Counted from the first letter of the stretch, positions 20,398 through 30,381 are shown. The stretch is DNA of 64,000 nucleotides from Nitrospirota bacterium (GCA_963663225.1 OY760142.1:2304001-2368000); one strand, 5' to 3'. Notes: generated from the sequence alone by a model not told the origin. Numbers and translations: made by a program.

Positions 20398-21135
20398 ATG
20401 AAACCAATTATTGGCCGTGTACATTCCGTGGAAACCATGGGGACCAGGGACGGACCGGGTTTACGGTGTGTTTTTTTTCTGGCGGGCTGCAATTTCCGAT
20501 GCCAGTTCTGCCAAAATCCGGATACTTGGTCTCAAAAAGGCTCCCAGCGCATGACGATTGAAGAGGTCCGGGAACGGTTGACCACATTGTTGCCGTATCT
20601 GCGGCCGCACGGCGGGGTTACGGTTTCCGGCGGCGAGCCCTGTTTGCAGGCTGCGTTTGTGGAAGCGCTTTTTAAAGTCGCCCATGAACTGGGGCTGAGC
20701 ACGGTGCTGGATACGAACGGCAGCTGTGCGCTGGGGAAACAACGATCATTATTGGCTGTAAGCGACATGGTTTTGTTGGACATTAAAGCCAGCGAAGAAA
20801 AGCTGCATCGTCGGATTACCGGAAAACCATTAGCGCCGGTTCTAAATTTTGGTAAACGCGCTGCCCAGGTTCCGGGCCGCCTGGTTATCCGGCGGGTTTT
20901 ACTGCCGGGCATCAATGATTCACCGGAAGAGCTTGAGCGTCTTGCTGCGTATGCCCTGGAACTGGACAACATTCCCGCTATCGAATTGATCCCATATCAT
21001 TGTCTCGGCATGCATAAGTGGAAAGAGCTTGGCTTCCGGTATCCCTTGCGGAAATGCAAGCCGCCTACCGGGTCCCAGTGGCACGCGGCTGCAAAACGTC
21101 TGGAACAGAGAGGACTGCTCGTGCACAGAGGTTGA
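20398..21135 (+). CDS. pflA: PFL-activating radical SAM enzyme
   Basis: DGPGLR, CNFRCQFCQNPDTW and GGVTVSGGEP; adjacent to pflB. Confidence 0.95.
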   Translation: MKPIIGRVHSVETMGTRDGPGLRCVFFLAGCNFRCQFCQNPDTWSQKGSQRMTIEEVRERLTTLLPYLRPHGGVTVSGGEPCLQAAFVEALFKVAHELGLSTVLDTNGSCALGKQRSLLAVSDMVLLDIKASEEKLHRRITGKPLAPVLNFGKRAAQVPGRLVIRRVLLPGINDSPEELERLAAYALELDNIPAIELIPYHCLGMHKWKELGFRYPLRKCKPPTGSQWHAAAKRLEQRGLLVHRG

Positions 21136-21272
21136 GAAGGGATGATTTGAGGGATGCCTGCGAAAAAAGTCAGGGAGATGCCGACAGGGCGGTACAGTCC
21201 GGAGTTTGCAGCCACTGAAAGTCGCAAGGTCAAGTCCATAGTTCATTCTGGCCGCTATGGTCGGCATGTTGA

Positions 21273-21689
21273 TCAATATCGAAGTTGAAATGTAACCCCG
21301 ATTGGCATGGTAAGCACTACCGGGAAAAGCGTATCAAGAGTTACCGGAGAAGTTGTATGTCTGTTGAGCATCGGTAAAATGTTCCAGCTGACCTTTGTGG
21401 AATCTTTTTCCTGAATGGCGTCCTGCTTCTCGATATCATGCCCTTTCGGGAGGTCAAAAACCGCATTTTCGAGCTTCGGAGCAGCAAAAACATTTTCGAA
21501 ATAGTCCATCTTGTAGTATCCTGCCAAGCCGCCTGTATCGCCAACAATCCAGGTTTTCTCTGCCGCCGGTATTGCAAAGACGTCCGCAGGATTGCTTGAC
21601 TGCGCGGCAAAAGCGAGAGGCTGGAAGGCACCCGCGACAGTCAGGGCGAGAAGAACTGGCAGAAAATATGTAAAGCTTCGTAGTGACAA
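21273..21689 (-). CDS. Exported hypothetical protein
   Basis: Signal peptide ending AFA; C-terminal GVTFQLRY resembles a beta-strand signal. Confidence 0.6.
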   Translation of the reverse strand: MSLRSFTYFLPVLLALTVAGAFQPLAFAAQSSNPADVFAIPAAEKTWIVGDTGGLAGYYKMDYFENVFAAPKLENAVFDLPKGHDIEKQDAIQEKDSTKVSWNILPMLNRHTTSPVTLDTLFPVVLTMPIGVTFQLRY

Positions 21690-21925
21690 TCCAGACGTCC
21701 TTATTGAGAGGATAAAACAAATTTATTTATGCTAAACTATAACTCTGCGGAACAGAAAAAGTCCATACATTTTTTATAGCTATGTTTTCTCCGGCTGTGC
21801 TGAAACACAAGGTTATATTGACTTTCTTGTAAAAAAAGGGTTTAATGTTCTTGCCTAAAAGTATGCGACACTGCTTAAATGATGAACAGAAAACCATATC
21901 CATTTTAGAGGGAAAGGAGAACATT

Positions 21926-22537
21926 ATGGCAATTGACGGTTCAAAAACAGCTATCCATGACAAAGAGTGGTTCAAAAAGCTTGCACGGTGCATCAGCCTC
22001 TTGTTCGTATTGGCAATATTGTTTCCTGCATCAGCACTTCCCCGATCTGCAGACAGGCTGGTGAATGATGATGAATATAAAGACAAGGATTTTCATCGCG
22101 GGATTATCACAGACTATTCGGACATGGTGAAAGGGGACAATATAAACTGGGTTTGGTTTAAATCCAACGAAAGCCTGGCTGGCTATACTGTAAAAGTAAA
22201 AAGTATAGAAAACAAGTCGGATATGCACAGCAGGTCGTTCGCGGATTCAGTAAAGAATATATTTGAGGATTATTTTGCTGACATGAAAGGAACGAAGGGA
22301 ACGCTTACTGCGGACTTGTGCATTACCGAGGTCCAGACGTTCAGCCCCGGCAAGGCATGGATACCTTTTGCGGGAGGCCACCAGATGCAGGCCGGTATCG
22401 GCATGGAATTAGTGCTTCGCGATCAAAGCGGAAATATAGTTGCAAAGCTCAGGGATTTCGAGCGCCAGGGTTCAGACCCGAAACAGGCTGCAGAAGAGGT
22501 CGCGGGACGCATGGCAAAAGAGATCCGCAAGCATTAG
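21926..22537 (+). CDS. Exported protein, DUF4410-like
   Basis: GGAG RBS; hydrophobic segment; ITE...PG..WIPFAGG pattern. Confidence 0.65.
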   Translation: MAIDGSKTAIHDKEWFKKLARCISLLFVLAILFPASALPRSADRLVNDDEYKDKDFHRGIITDYSDMVKGDNINWVWFKSNESLAGYTVKVKSIENKSDMHSRSFADSVKNIFEDYFADMKGTKGTLTADLCITEVQTFSPGKAWIPFAGGHQMQAGIGMELVLRDQSGNIVAKLRDFERQGSDPKQAAEEVAGRMAKEIRKH

Positions 22538-22604
22538 TCAAAACTGGTTTTAGCCGCAGGTGACCAGAAAACGGTTCCATTTGCGCGTATATTTCATTTA
22601 ACTG

Positions 22605-22640
22605 AAAGAGGGGTGTTTATTATTGCCCCTCTTTTCTTAT
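22605..22640 (+). terminator. Intrinsic terminator
   Basis: AAAGAGGGG...CCCCTCTTT followed by a T-rich tail. Confidence 0.6.
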
Positions 22641-22755
22641 TTAATACTGCGTTTTAGAATCCGTTTCCGTAAAGAGGTCAACTCAGCGGTAGAATATGTT
22701 GCTATACTTGTTTCATACAAAGAGGCAGGATGTCGCTTGCAATAACGGGAGTTCT

Positions 22756-25416
22756 ATGGCTAGCGCGAGTCGTTTTTTTATATTTCTTGTTTTATTAGTT
22801 TATTTTTTTGCTGCTTCAGTCCAGGCTGCAGAGGATGGCAAGGTACTTCGTGCGACGCTTTCGAACGGGTTGAGGGTGGTCATTGTGCAAAATACTCTGG
22901 CGCCGGTTGTCGCGACTCAGGTAAATTATCTTGTCGGCTCGAATGAGGCTCCTGATGGATTTCCCGGCATGGCACATGCTCAGGAGCACATGATGTTCCG
23001 CGGAAGTCCGGGATTGTCCGCGGCCCAACTCGCGCATATCATGGCCTTGATGGGCGGCAATTTTAATGCTGTTACTCAGCAGACAATCACCCAGTATTTG
23101 TTTACGGTCCCGAAGGACAATCTCGACGTGGCGCTTACGGTGGAGGCAGTGCGCATGCGTGACGTACTGGACACGCAAGACCTCTGGGAGGAGGAGCGGG
23201 GAGCGCTGGAACAGGAAGTAGCGCAGGATATTTCGAATCCGGAATACGTTTTTTTCACTCAGCTTCTTTCGTCGATGTTTGACGGCACTCCCTATGCACA
23301 CGATGCCTTGGGAACGCGCCCGTCTTTTCAGAAGACAACAGGTTCCATGCTCAAGACATTTTATAACCAGTGGTACGGGCCGAATAATGCAATACTTGTT
23401 GTCGCAGGAGACGTGGACCCGAAAGAAACTCTTGCAAAGATCCGCGGTCTTTTTGAACCGATCCCTTCGCGGCCGGCGCCGCCAAGGCCTGCTATACGGC
23501 TTCATCCTCTTAAACCTGCCGCCATTGCTTTAGAGACTGATTTGCCTTACGGTCTTGCTATTGTAGCATACCGGCTGCCGGGTTTTGACAGCCCTGACTT
23601 TGCCGCCGGCCAAATTCTTGCTGACGTGCTCGAAAATCGCAGGAGCAATCTCTCAGCACTGGTGCCGGCTGGAAAGGCGCTTTTCACCGAATTCAACGGT
23701 GAATCTTTTCCCCACGCATCATATGGTTATGCAACCGCGGCTTTTCCGTATGAGGGGGACGGAACCGCTCTTGTTGCTGCTATTAAAAATATTGTTGCGG
23801 AATACCGTAAAAATGGAGTCCCTCCGGATTTAGTTGAGTCGTCAAAACGCCATGAAATAGCCGAAGCCGAATTCCTGCAAAATTCCATCGAAGGACTCGC
23901 GTCGGCATGGTCCCAAGCGCTTGCCGTGGAAGGCCGGTCCTCTCCTGAAGACGATATCGCTGCAATAAAGAAAGTGACGCTTGACGATGTAAACCGCGTT
24001 CTGAAGGAATATCTGGTAAATGACACGGCAGTTACGGCCGTGCTCACGCCACGGCCTTCCGGGCGGCCGATTACTGTAAAAAAGTTCGGTGATAAGGAGT
24101 CTTTTTCGCCGAAGGAAACAATGCCGGTGGAACTTCCTTCCTGGGCAAAAAAATCAGCGAAAATTCCTTCCATTCCAACATCACGAATAAACCCTGAAGT
24201 CTTTACTCTGCCTAACGGGATTCGTCTCATTGTGCAGCCGGAGAACGTAAGCTCGACAGTAAGCGTGTTCGGGCAGATCAGGAATCATGCTGATCTTGAA
24301 GAACCCGAAGGCAAGGAAGGGATATCTGAAGTTCTGGAAAGCCTTTTCTCCTATGGAACGACATCCCTCGATCGTATTGCATTTGTGAAAGCGCAGGACG
24401 AAATCGGCGCGGACATTGCCGCGGGGACGCACTTCTCACTCAGGGTCTTGTCTGATAAATTTGAACGCGGCATGAAGCTGCTTGCCGACAATCTGCTGCA
24501 CCCTGCATTGCCGACAGACTTTTTCCCGGTAGTCCAGGCTGAAATACTGAATAAAGTGCAGGGCCAGCTGCTGAGTCCGGCTTATCTCACACAACGCGCC
24601 CTTCAAGAAGCCTTGTATCCCCAAGGAGACCCCGTGCTTCGCAAAGCGTCCCCTGAAACTGTGCGCGCTCTTTCGTTAAAAGATGTCGTTTCTTACTATG
24701 CAAAAGCATTTCGACCCGACATGACGACCATTGTTGTCGTCGGCAAAGTTACACCCGGAGAAACAAAGACTGTGGTTGAAAAATATTTCGGATCGTGGAA
24801 TGCACAGGGACCGAAACCGGACACAGCATTGCCGCAGGTCCCGCTGAATAAGTCATCTGCCATTGCGGTGCATGATGCAAGCAGGGTTCAAGACCAAGTC
24901 ACCCTAGCAGAGATAATAGGCATATCCCGGACGCACCCCGATTATTATAAGCTGCAACTGGGCAATCATGTTTTATCGGGTGCATTTTATGCGACGAGGT
25001 TGTACCGGGATTTACGCGAGAAAACCGGACTTGTTTACACGGTAGAATCCTTCCTTGAAGCAAAACAATCCCGCGCCCTGTTTGGCGTGTTCTTTGCCTG
25101 TGATCCACAGAATGTTTCAAGAGCCAGGATTCTGGTGGACCAGAATTTGAAGAAACTGCAGACAACAGCAGTTACCCCAGAGGAACTGGAGCGCGCCAAG
25201 ATACTGCTCATCCACCGGATACCGCTTTCGGAATCCAGTGTGGATACAATTGGCGAAGGCCTGCTTTCCCGTTCGGTTGAGGATTTGCCGCTCAATGAAC
25301 CTGTCCGTTCCGCGGAACAATATGTGAAGATAACGGCCGAACAGATCAGGGATGCCTTTGCAAAATGGATTCGGATTGACGATTTTGCGCAGGTGGTTGT
25401 CGGTTCGAATCCGTGA
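22756..25416 (+). CDS. M16 (pitrilysin family) zinc protease, exported, duplicated domains
   Basis: LSNGLRV, HxxEH (HAQEH), second half LPNGIRL and RLYRDLREKTGLVY. Confidence 0.93.
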   Translation: MASASRFFIFLVLLVYFFAASVQAAEDGKVLRATLSNGLRVVIVQNTLAPVVATQVNYLVGSNEAPDGFPGMAHAQEHMMFRGSPGLSAAQLAHIMALMGGNFNAVTQQTITQYLFTVPKDNLDVALTVEAVRMRDVLDTQDLWEEERGALEQEVAQDISNPEYVFFTQLLSSMFDGTPYAHDALGTRPSFQKTTGSMLKTFYNQWYGPNNAILVVAGDVDPKETLAKIRGLFEPIPSRPAPPRPAIRLHPLKPAAIALETDLPYGLAIVAYRLPGFDSPDFAAGQILADVLENRRSNLSALVPAGKALFTEFNGESFPHASYGYATAAFPYEGDGTALVAAIKNIVAEYRKNGVPPDLVESSKRHEIAEAEFLQNSIEGLASAWSQALAVEGRSSPEDDIAAIKKVTLDDVNRVLKEYLVNDTAVTAVLTPRPSGRPITVKKFGDKESFSPKETMPVELPSWAKKSAKIPSIPTSRINPEVFTLPNGIRLIVQPENVSSTVSVFGQIRNHADLEEPEGKEGISEVLESLFSYGTTSLDRIAFVKAQDEIGADIAAGTHFSLRVLSDKFERGMKLLADNLLHPALPTDFFPVVQAEILNKVQGQLLSPAYLTQRALQEALYPQGDPVLRKASPETVRALSLKDVVSYYAKAFRPDMTTIVVVGKVTPGETKTVVEKYFGSWNAQGPKPDTALPQVPLNKSSAIAVHDASRVQDQVTLAEIIGISRTHPDYYKLQLGNHVLSGAFYATRLYRDLREKTGLVYTVESFLEAKQSRALFGVFFACDPQNVSRARILVDQNLKKLQTTAVTPEELERAKILLIHRIPLSESSVDTIGEGLLSRSVEDLPLNEPVRSAEQYVKITAEQIRDAFAKWIRIDDFAQVVVGSNP

Positions 25417-25469
25417 TGTGAATTCGATACGCGGTGATGCAATATGATCAAGGAGGCCTTGGATTATTC

Positions 25470-26171
25470 ATGCCTGAAAAACAGGTGGTTCTTTTGTTCA
25501 TGAAAGCGCCGATCAGAGGGAAGGTGAAAACACGTCTGGCAGGACTCATCGGCGACGAGGCAGCTCTTGACTTATATAAGCATTTTATTTTTGATATTCT
25601 GACTACTGTCGAGCAAACAGGTTATGCAGTAAGAGTTTTCTTTTTTCCTCCGGAAGGAAAAACAGCCCTGTCAGACTCGCTTCCCCATCAGCACTATCTC
25701 ATGCCGCAGCAGGGAGATGATTTGGGCGCAAAAATGGAGAATGCTTTTGCACGCATCTTTGCGGAAGGTTTTTCGAGCGCCGTACTTATTGGAACCGATA
25801 TCCCGGATTTGCCTGCTGCGATCATTCATGAGGCCTTCTCTTCTCTGAAATTGAACGATGCGGTTATCGGTCCGGCAACGGATGGAGGTTATTACCTCAT
25901 TGGTTTTAAAAGAAAGACTTTTTTGCCGGACGTCTTTCGTGGAATGCCATGGGGTACACACAGGGTTCTTTCCGGCACGCTGGCTGTTTTGCAAAACGCC
26001 TTGTATCGGTTCCATCTTGTCCCTCGCTGGAACGACATTGACACCTTGGAGGATCTCCGGGCTTTTTTTGAGCGAAATAAAAATGTCGGCTTATCTCAAT
26101 CGAAAACCCTGCAGTATCTATTTGCCACCCGACTTTTGGAGAAAGAGGGACCAGTTGATAAATCCGTGTGA
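25470..26171 (+). CDS. DUF2064/TIGR04282-type glycosyltransferase-fold protein
   Basis: KAPIRGKVKTRL, QQGDDLG, LIGTDIP, IGPATDGGYYLIG and DIDTLEDL. Confidence 0.9.
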   Translation: MPEKQVVLLFMKAPIRGKVKTRLAGLIGDEAALDLYKHFIFDILTTVEQTGYAVRVFFFPPEGKTALSDSLPHQHYLMPQQGDDLGAKMENAFARIFAEGFSSAVLIGTDIPDLPAAIIHEAFSSLKLNDAVIGPATDGGYYLIGFKRKTFLPDVFRGMPWGTHRVLSGTLAVLQNALYRFHLVPRWNDIDTLEDLRAFFERNKNVGLSQSKTLQYLFATRLLEKEGPVDKSV

Positions 26172-26252
26172 CGGAGAATACGGCGGCAGGCACGCAAACG
26201 GATCGACTCCGGCGTTGCAGGAGCCAGAGAGAATTAAGGAGCAAACAAGCGC

Positions 26253-26981
26253 ATGCACCGGCTGAAAGTTCAACTCCTGCTTGTGGCGGTATTGATAGGC
26301 ACGATTACCGTTTTGCGCTGCTCTCCGGCTGGCGACGTTCTGACTTTTGAAAATCTTGTCCGACACCGGGAAACCCTGCTGCTCTGCGTTCAGGATCACT
26401 ACGGGCTTTCCGTTGTTGTTTTTATAGCGGTTTATATTTTTGCAGTAGGACTGTCTGTTCCCGGTGCGGAAATTATGACAATTGCGGCCGGGTTTCTGTT
26501 CGGTACGGCTGCGGCCACAGTTTATGTAAACATAGGGGCGACTGCGGGTTCAGCACTCGCCTTTCTGTCGGCGAGGTATCTGCTCGGGACACATTTGCAG
26601 AAAAGATATCAGGTGCAGTTGGGCGCATTCAATGAAGAGATAATAAAAAACGGTGCAAAATACCTTCTTGCTCTTCGGCTGGTTCCGCTGTTCCCGTTTT
26701 TTCTTGTAAACTTTCTTTCAGGACTTACAAAAATTCCCCTGAAGACTTTTATCTGGACAACTTCGCTTGGGATCATCCCTGCAAGCGCTCTTTATGCCTT
26801 TGCCGGAAAACAGCTGGGAACGGTCCAATCACCTGTGGAAATTTTATCATTCAACGTTGTTTTTGCCTTTGTAATGCTGGCCATTTTATCGTTGATACCG
26901 GTTGTGCTGCAACGCCGAAAAGATGCAAAGAATAAACGAGAAAGGACAATCCCCTATGGATCACCGAAAAACCGTAACTGA
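26253..26981 (+). CDS. TVP38/TMEM64 (DedA superfamily) membrane protein
   Basis: LSVPGA, GFLFG and LRLVPLFPFFLVN. Confidence 0.92.
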   Translation: MHRLKVQLLLVAVLIGTITVLRCSPAGDVLTFENLVRHRETLLLCVQDHYGLSVVVFIAVYIFAVGLSVPGAEIMTIAAGFLFGTAAATVYVNIGATAGSALAFLSARYLLGTHLQKRYQVQLGAFNEEIIKNGAKYLLALRLVPLFPFFLVNFLSGLTKIPLKTFIWTTSLGIIPASALYAFAGKQLGTVQSPVEILSFNVVFAFVMLAILSLIPVVLQRRKDAKNKRERTIPYGSPKNRN

Positions 26982-27591
26982 AATTTTAAAAAGACTTCAT
27001 AAAGAGTACGCCGGTACGCCTCAGACCGTACTTCGCTTTACTTCACCCTTTGAACTGCTTGTCGCGACCATCCTCTCTGCCCAGACCACGGATATTCAGG
27101 TCAACAAAGTGACGGAGACTTTGTTTAAAAAGTACCGGAGCATACAGGATTTTGCAGATGCAAAACCTCAAACACTTGAAAAAGATGTTGCATCGGTGAA
27201 TTTTTATCGCAATAAGGCCAAAAACATCAACAATGCGGCAAAAATGATCATCAAAGCATTCGGAGGAACGGTTCCGAATACCATGGAAGATCTCATTACG
27301 CTGCCCGGTGTCGCCCGAAAAACAGCGAATATCGTATTATCGCGGGCGTTCGGCATCAATGAAGGGATAGCCGTAGACACCCATGTAAGACGCCTAACAA
27401 ACCGGCTGGGGCTGACGAAACACAACGATCCGGTAAAAATCGAAAAGGATTTAATGCCGGTTACACCCCGAGAAGAATGGGACAACCTGTCGCATCTTTT
27501 GATTTTTCATGGCAGGAACATCTGCCAGGCAAAAAAGCCAAAACATGATACGTGCGTTCTGTTTGATATCTGCCCTTCAAGGAAAGCCTGA
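26956..27591 (+). CDS. nth: Endonuclease III
   Basis: PFELLVATILSAQTTD, HhH LPGVARKTAN, AVDTHV and C-terminal Fe-S motif. Confidence 0.96.
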   Translation: MDHRKTVTEILKRLHKEYAGTPQTVLRFTSPFELLVATILSAQTTDIQVNKVTETLFKKYRSIQDFADAKPQTLEKDVASVNFYRNKAKNINNAAKMIIKAFGGTVPNTMEDLITLPGVARKTANIVLSRAFGINEGIAVDTHVRRLTNRLGLTKHNDPVKIEKDLMPVTPREEWDNLSHLLIFHGRNICQAKKPKHDTCVLFDICPSRKA

Positions 27592-27829
27592 ACTCATCGC
27601 ATACGCGACGATGTCAAGGGCAACCTTTTTAAATAACAGGTGCTTCGGAACAGTTCTCAATGTAGGCCAGGGTATTTTGACGGATTGCTCTGTAACTGCT
27701 ACTTCGTCTTTTCCGCTACTATATTATCTTTTGTTGTTTTTAATCAATTCCCTGTGTTAAAATATGGCCTGATTATTATACGGTGTGACCAATACCGTCG
27801 CAGTTGTCTCGTGGAGAGGAGCAGAAGGT

Positions 27830-28684
27830 ATGATATATATCTGCCGGCAGTTGCTTCCGACGCTCGCTTTGGCAGGAGGAGCGCTCCTGATTATGGGGGC
27901 AGGGAGTGAAACGATTTCGAAAGCCTCCAACACCGCTTCGAGCGGCCCTACGAGTACCGCGACAACCAGTCTTCCAGCCAAGACGGATGCCGGTATTAAA
28001 ACCAAGCCGACCGACAGCACGCTCAGTACCTCAAATGGTAATCTAAAAAAGAACCGACAGCAGAGCATACTAACGGGTAATACCGTCAGCCATGTACTGC
28101 TTCCACCTCATGCTGAAGAACTTGCCAGGAGTCTTCAGTTTGACCGTCGAGTTCTTCTTATTGTAAAAGATGTTGTGCAGGAACATGTTCATATACACCG
28201 TTTGATCGGCTATGACGAGAATGGCTATCAAATTAAAGCGGCCGGCATTATGGTGCCGGTGCAAAGAGAGAAGGCAGATCAGGCCCTTATCCTGCTTCGC
28301 AAAAAATTGGCACCACTCCACTATATGCCTTTTATCGTGGAAATGAACCAGGGGCTTAAGATGGATAAAATCGGCATTATTAAAGGGACGGATCAATACG
28401 AAATACTGAGGATCATGAATACCGACGGTGACGAGGACGAGATTTCCAATCAGGATATAATCGATCGCCTCAAGGAGTGGAAAAAAATATCTTCGTTCGA
28501 CATTATTGGCGCGGACAACGACCGAATCGAAATCGAGTTTAAAACGCTGCCCAAAAACCTCAGGTCTTTTGCAGAGGAAGTAGGTGAATTCTGTCCAAGT
28601 GCGGTAACACAGGGGCCGGGAAGCATTAAGGAACTGGTCCGGGAGATTGCGCTGACACACCGGTTGCTTCTGATATGGGATTAA
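27830..28684 (+). CDS. DUF4253-like exported protein
   Basis: Signal segment, Ser/Thr linker, C-terminal FCPSAVTQG...LLLIWD. Confidence 0.75.
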   Translation: MIYICRQLLPTLALAGGALLIMGAGSETISKASNTASSGPTSTATTSLPAKTDAGIKTKPTDSTLSTSNGNLKKNRQQSILTGNTVSHVLLPPHAEELARSLQFDRRVLLIVKDVVQEHVHIHRLIGYDENGYQIKAAGIMVPVQREKADQALILLRKKLAPLHYMPFIVEMNQGLKMDKIGIIKGTDQYEILRIMNTDGDEDEISNQDIIDRLKEWKKISSFDIIGADNDRIEIEFKTLPKNLRSFAEEVGEFCPSAVTQGPGSIKELVREIALTHRLLLIWD

Positions 28685-28740
28685 AAGCAATCTGTCTGCG
28701 GAAGTTATACTAAAGATGGAATGACGGCAATGCCAGGCAT

Positions 28741-28772
28741 AAAAAAAGCAGGCGGGAAATTCCGCCTGCTTT
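28741..28772. terminator. Intrinsic terminator between convergent genes
   Basis: AAAGCAGGCGG-GAAATT-CCGCCTGCTTT with a 7-A run on the left (U tract on the minus strand). Confidence 0.85.
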
Positions 28773-28836
28773 ATGTGTTTCATTCAAGAATACATTCTTT
28801 CCGCTCTCTGAATAATGAATTAGCGGTATGGTAAAA

Positions 28837-29037
28837 CTACTTCTTTGCCGTGCCAGTGGGGGCCGACTTTGCTTCCTTCTTTTCCTTCTTTGCGGCCTTC
28901 TTTGCCTTCTTCTCTTTCTTTACTTCCTTCTTCGCGGGAGCCGTGGTGGTGGTCTTTGATGCTGGCTCTGCTGCGAATACTACGCCGACGGAAAGAGCAA
29001 ACGCCATTGCCGTCAAAAGAGCAACGATCTTTTTCAT
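28837..29037 (-). CDS. Small exported Lys/Ala-rich protein
   Basis: AAGGAGGT RBS; signal peptide MKKIVALL...VVFA; basic low-complexity mature part. Confidence 0.8.
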   Translation of the reverse strand: MKKIVALLTAMAFALSVGVVFAAEPASKTTTTAPAKKEVKKEKKAKKAAKKEKKEAKSAPTGTAKK

Positions 29038-29072
29038 TCTATTCACCTCCTTTCCCTGTGAGAATATGCTGC

Positions 29073-29101
29073 ACTTTATCAAATTCATGCCTCAATGTCA
29101 A
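29073..29101 (-). promoter_or_regulatory. Sigma70-type promoter for the small basic protein
   Basis: Minus strand TTGACA-17 nt-TAAAGT. Confidence 0.65.
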
Positions 29102-29337
29102 GTATAATCAGAACCTCTGACACATCGGCATGGGGGATAAACCCAACCGGCCTTACCAAATCTGCGGATATTTTTTTATCAGCCAAACGTTTCGTTCACT
29201 GAATAAGACACGGCTTCTCCAAAAAGGTTTAATGCATAGTAAAATCGAAAAACAACAGGATGATAGCCAACAATTCAAGAACGGACTGAAAAAAAGGCAG
29301 TCGATAATGCATTTTTTATATATGCAGGTTGCGGGTT

Positions 29338-30381
29338 TTATACCTGCTGATCAATCTCATTGTACGTAAGATGAGTAATGTCCCGGATGATTTTTATTAT
29401 GGCGTCAACATTGTTACCGCGTACCATGATGCCGAGAAGAAAGGGACGGTTCGGATGATAAACAATTCCGAATTCATATATCTGATAGAACTTTTGCTCC
29501 TTGTCGTCCGTCATGACAGTGATCAGCCGTCCCCCGTGCTTGCAGGCGATGCTGATATTCTGGGGGATGCCCGAAGCCATGCCGTCGCGAAAGGAGGACT
29601 GGGAAAGATATCGGAGGGCTTTTTCAGACATATCCTCCGAAAGGTAAGAAGCATTGAACAATACCCGGTAGAATGCGGCGAATGAGTTTAATGACAAAGA
29701 GTCTTCCTTTTTGTTCGGGTCATACTCGACGTCCAAATCTTTAAGGATTTTTTCAAACCGGGTGGACGGAAGATTCTTCTGCAGAAGGGTGTATGCGGCT
29801 GCATCATTATTGGCAATCATCCGGTAAATAAGGTCATTCACCGTATAGGAGTTTCCCGGTTCGATCTCTTTTGTCGGGAAAGGGGAGTCACGGTCAATAG
29901 TGCCTTCCTTGCCGGTGTAGGTTATGGTTTTGCGCAAAACCAGCGGGTTTGATTCTGCCCATTTGAAATATGCGATCATCAGCGGCAGTTTCCACTGGCT
30001 TTCTGACAAAAATTTTTCATTTCCTCCGATGCTGAACCGGTTTCCTGTGTTCATGTCCCGAAAGGAAACAGAAACCGTGGCGGCATCATGATTGTTAAGC
30101 GCGGTTTCGATCAGTGTGTTTATCTTGTATTTAAAGGGTTTCAATTCCTTGTTCTGAGAAGTTCCATCGGGTGTCTTCGATTCAATAGATGCTTTGATAA
30201 ATTTGAAGGTCCCTTCTGCGCGCCCCGATACTGCTTCGCTTTTGCCTGCGGGGAGAGGAGAAAACATGCTGAGCGCTGATCCGAGGAAGATGCCGAGTGC
30301 AAAAACACCCGCAACGAGGGTGAACATGAACTTTCGATTAATAGAAATCTTATCTTTTTTAAGAAGAGCATTATCTGACAT
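29338..30381 (-). CDS. Class A beta-lactamase-like serine hydrolase (divergent)
   Basis: N-terminal TM; SQWK (SxxK); GIPQNISIACKHG at the KTG position; YEFGIVY. Confidence 0.8.
   Translation of the reverse strand: MSDNALLKKDKISINRKFMFTLVAGVFALGIFLGSALSMFSPLPAGKSEAVSGRAEGTFKFIKASIESKTPDGTSQNKELKPFKYKINTLIETALNNHDAATVSVSFRDMNTGNRFSIGGNEKFLSESQWKLPLMIAYFKWAESNPLVLRKTITYTGKEGTIDRDSPFPTKEIEPGNSYTVNDLIYRMIANNDAAAYTLLQKNLPSTRFEKILKDLDVEYDPNKKEDSLSLNSFAAFYRVLFNASYLSEDMSEKALRYLSQSSFRDGMASGIPQNISIACKHGGRLITVMTDDKEQKFYQIYEFGIVYHPNRPFLLGIMVRGNNVDAIIKIIRDITHLTYNEIDQQV

Noticed and set aside
21154-21288. 44-aa ORF containing GRYSPEF, reminiscent of an IS3 OrfA N-terminus
   Set aside because: The similarity covers about 7 residues; no terminal inverted repeats or integrase frame follow
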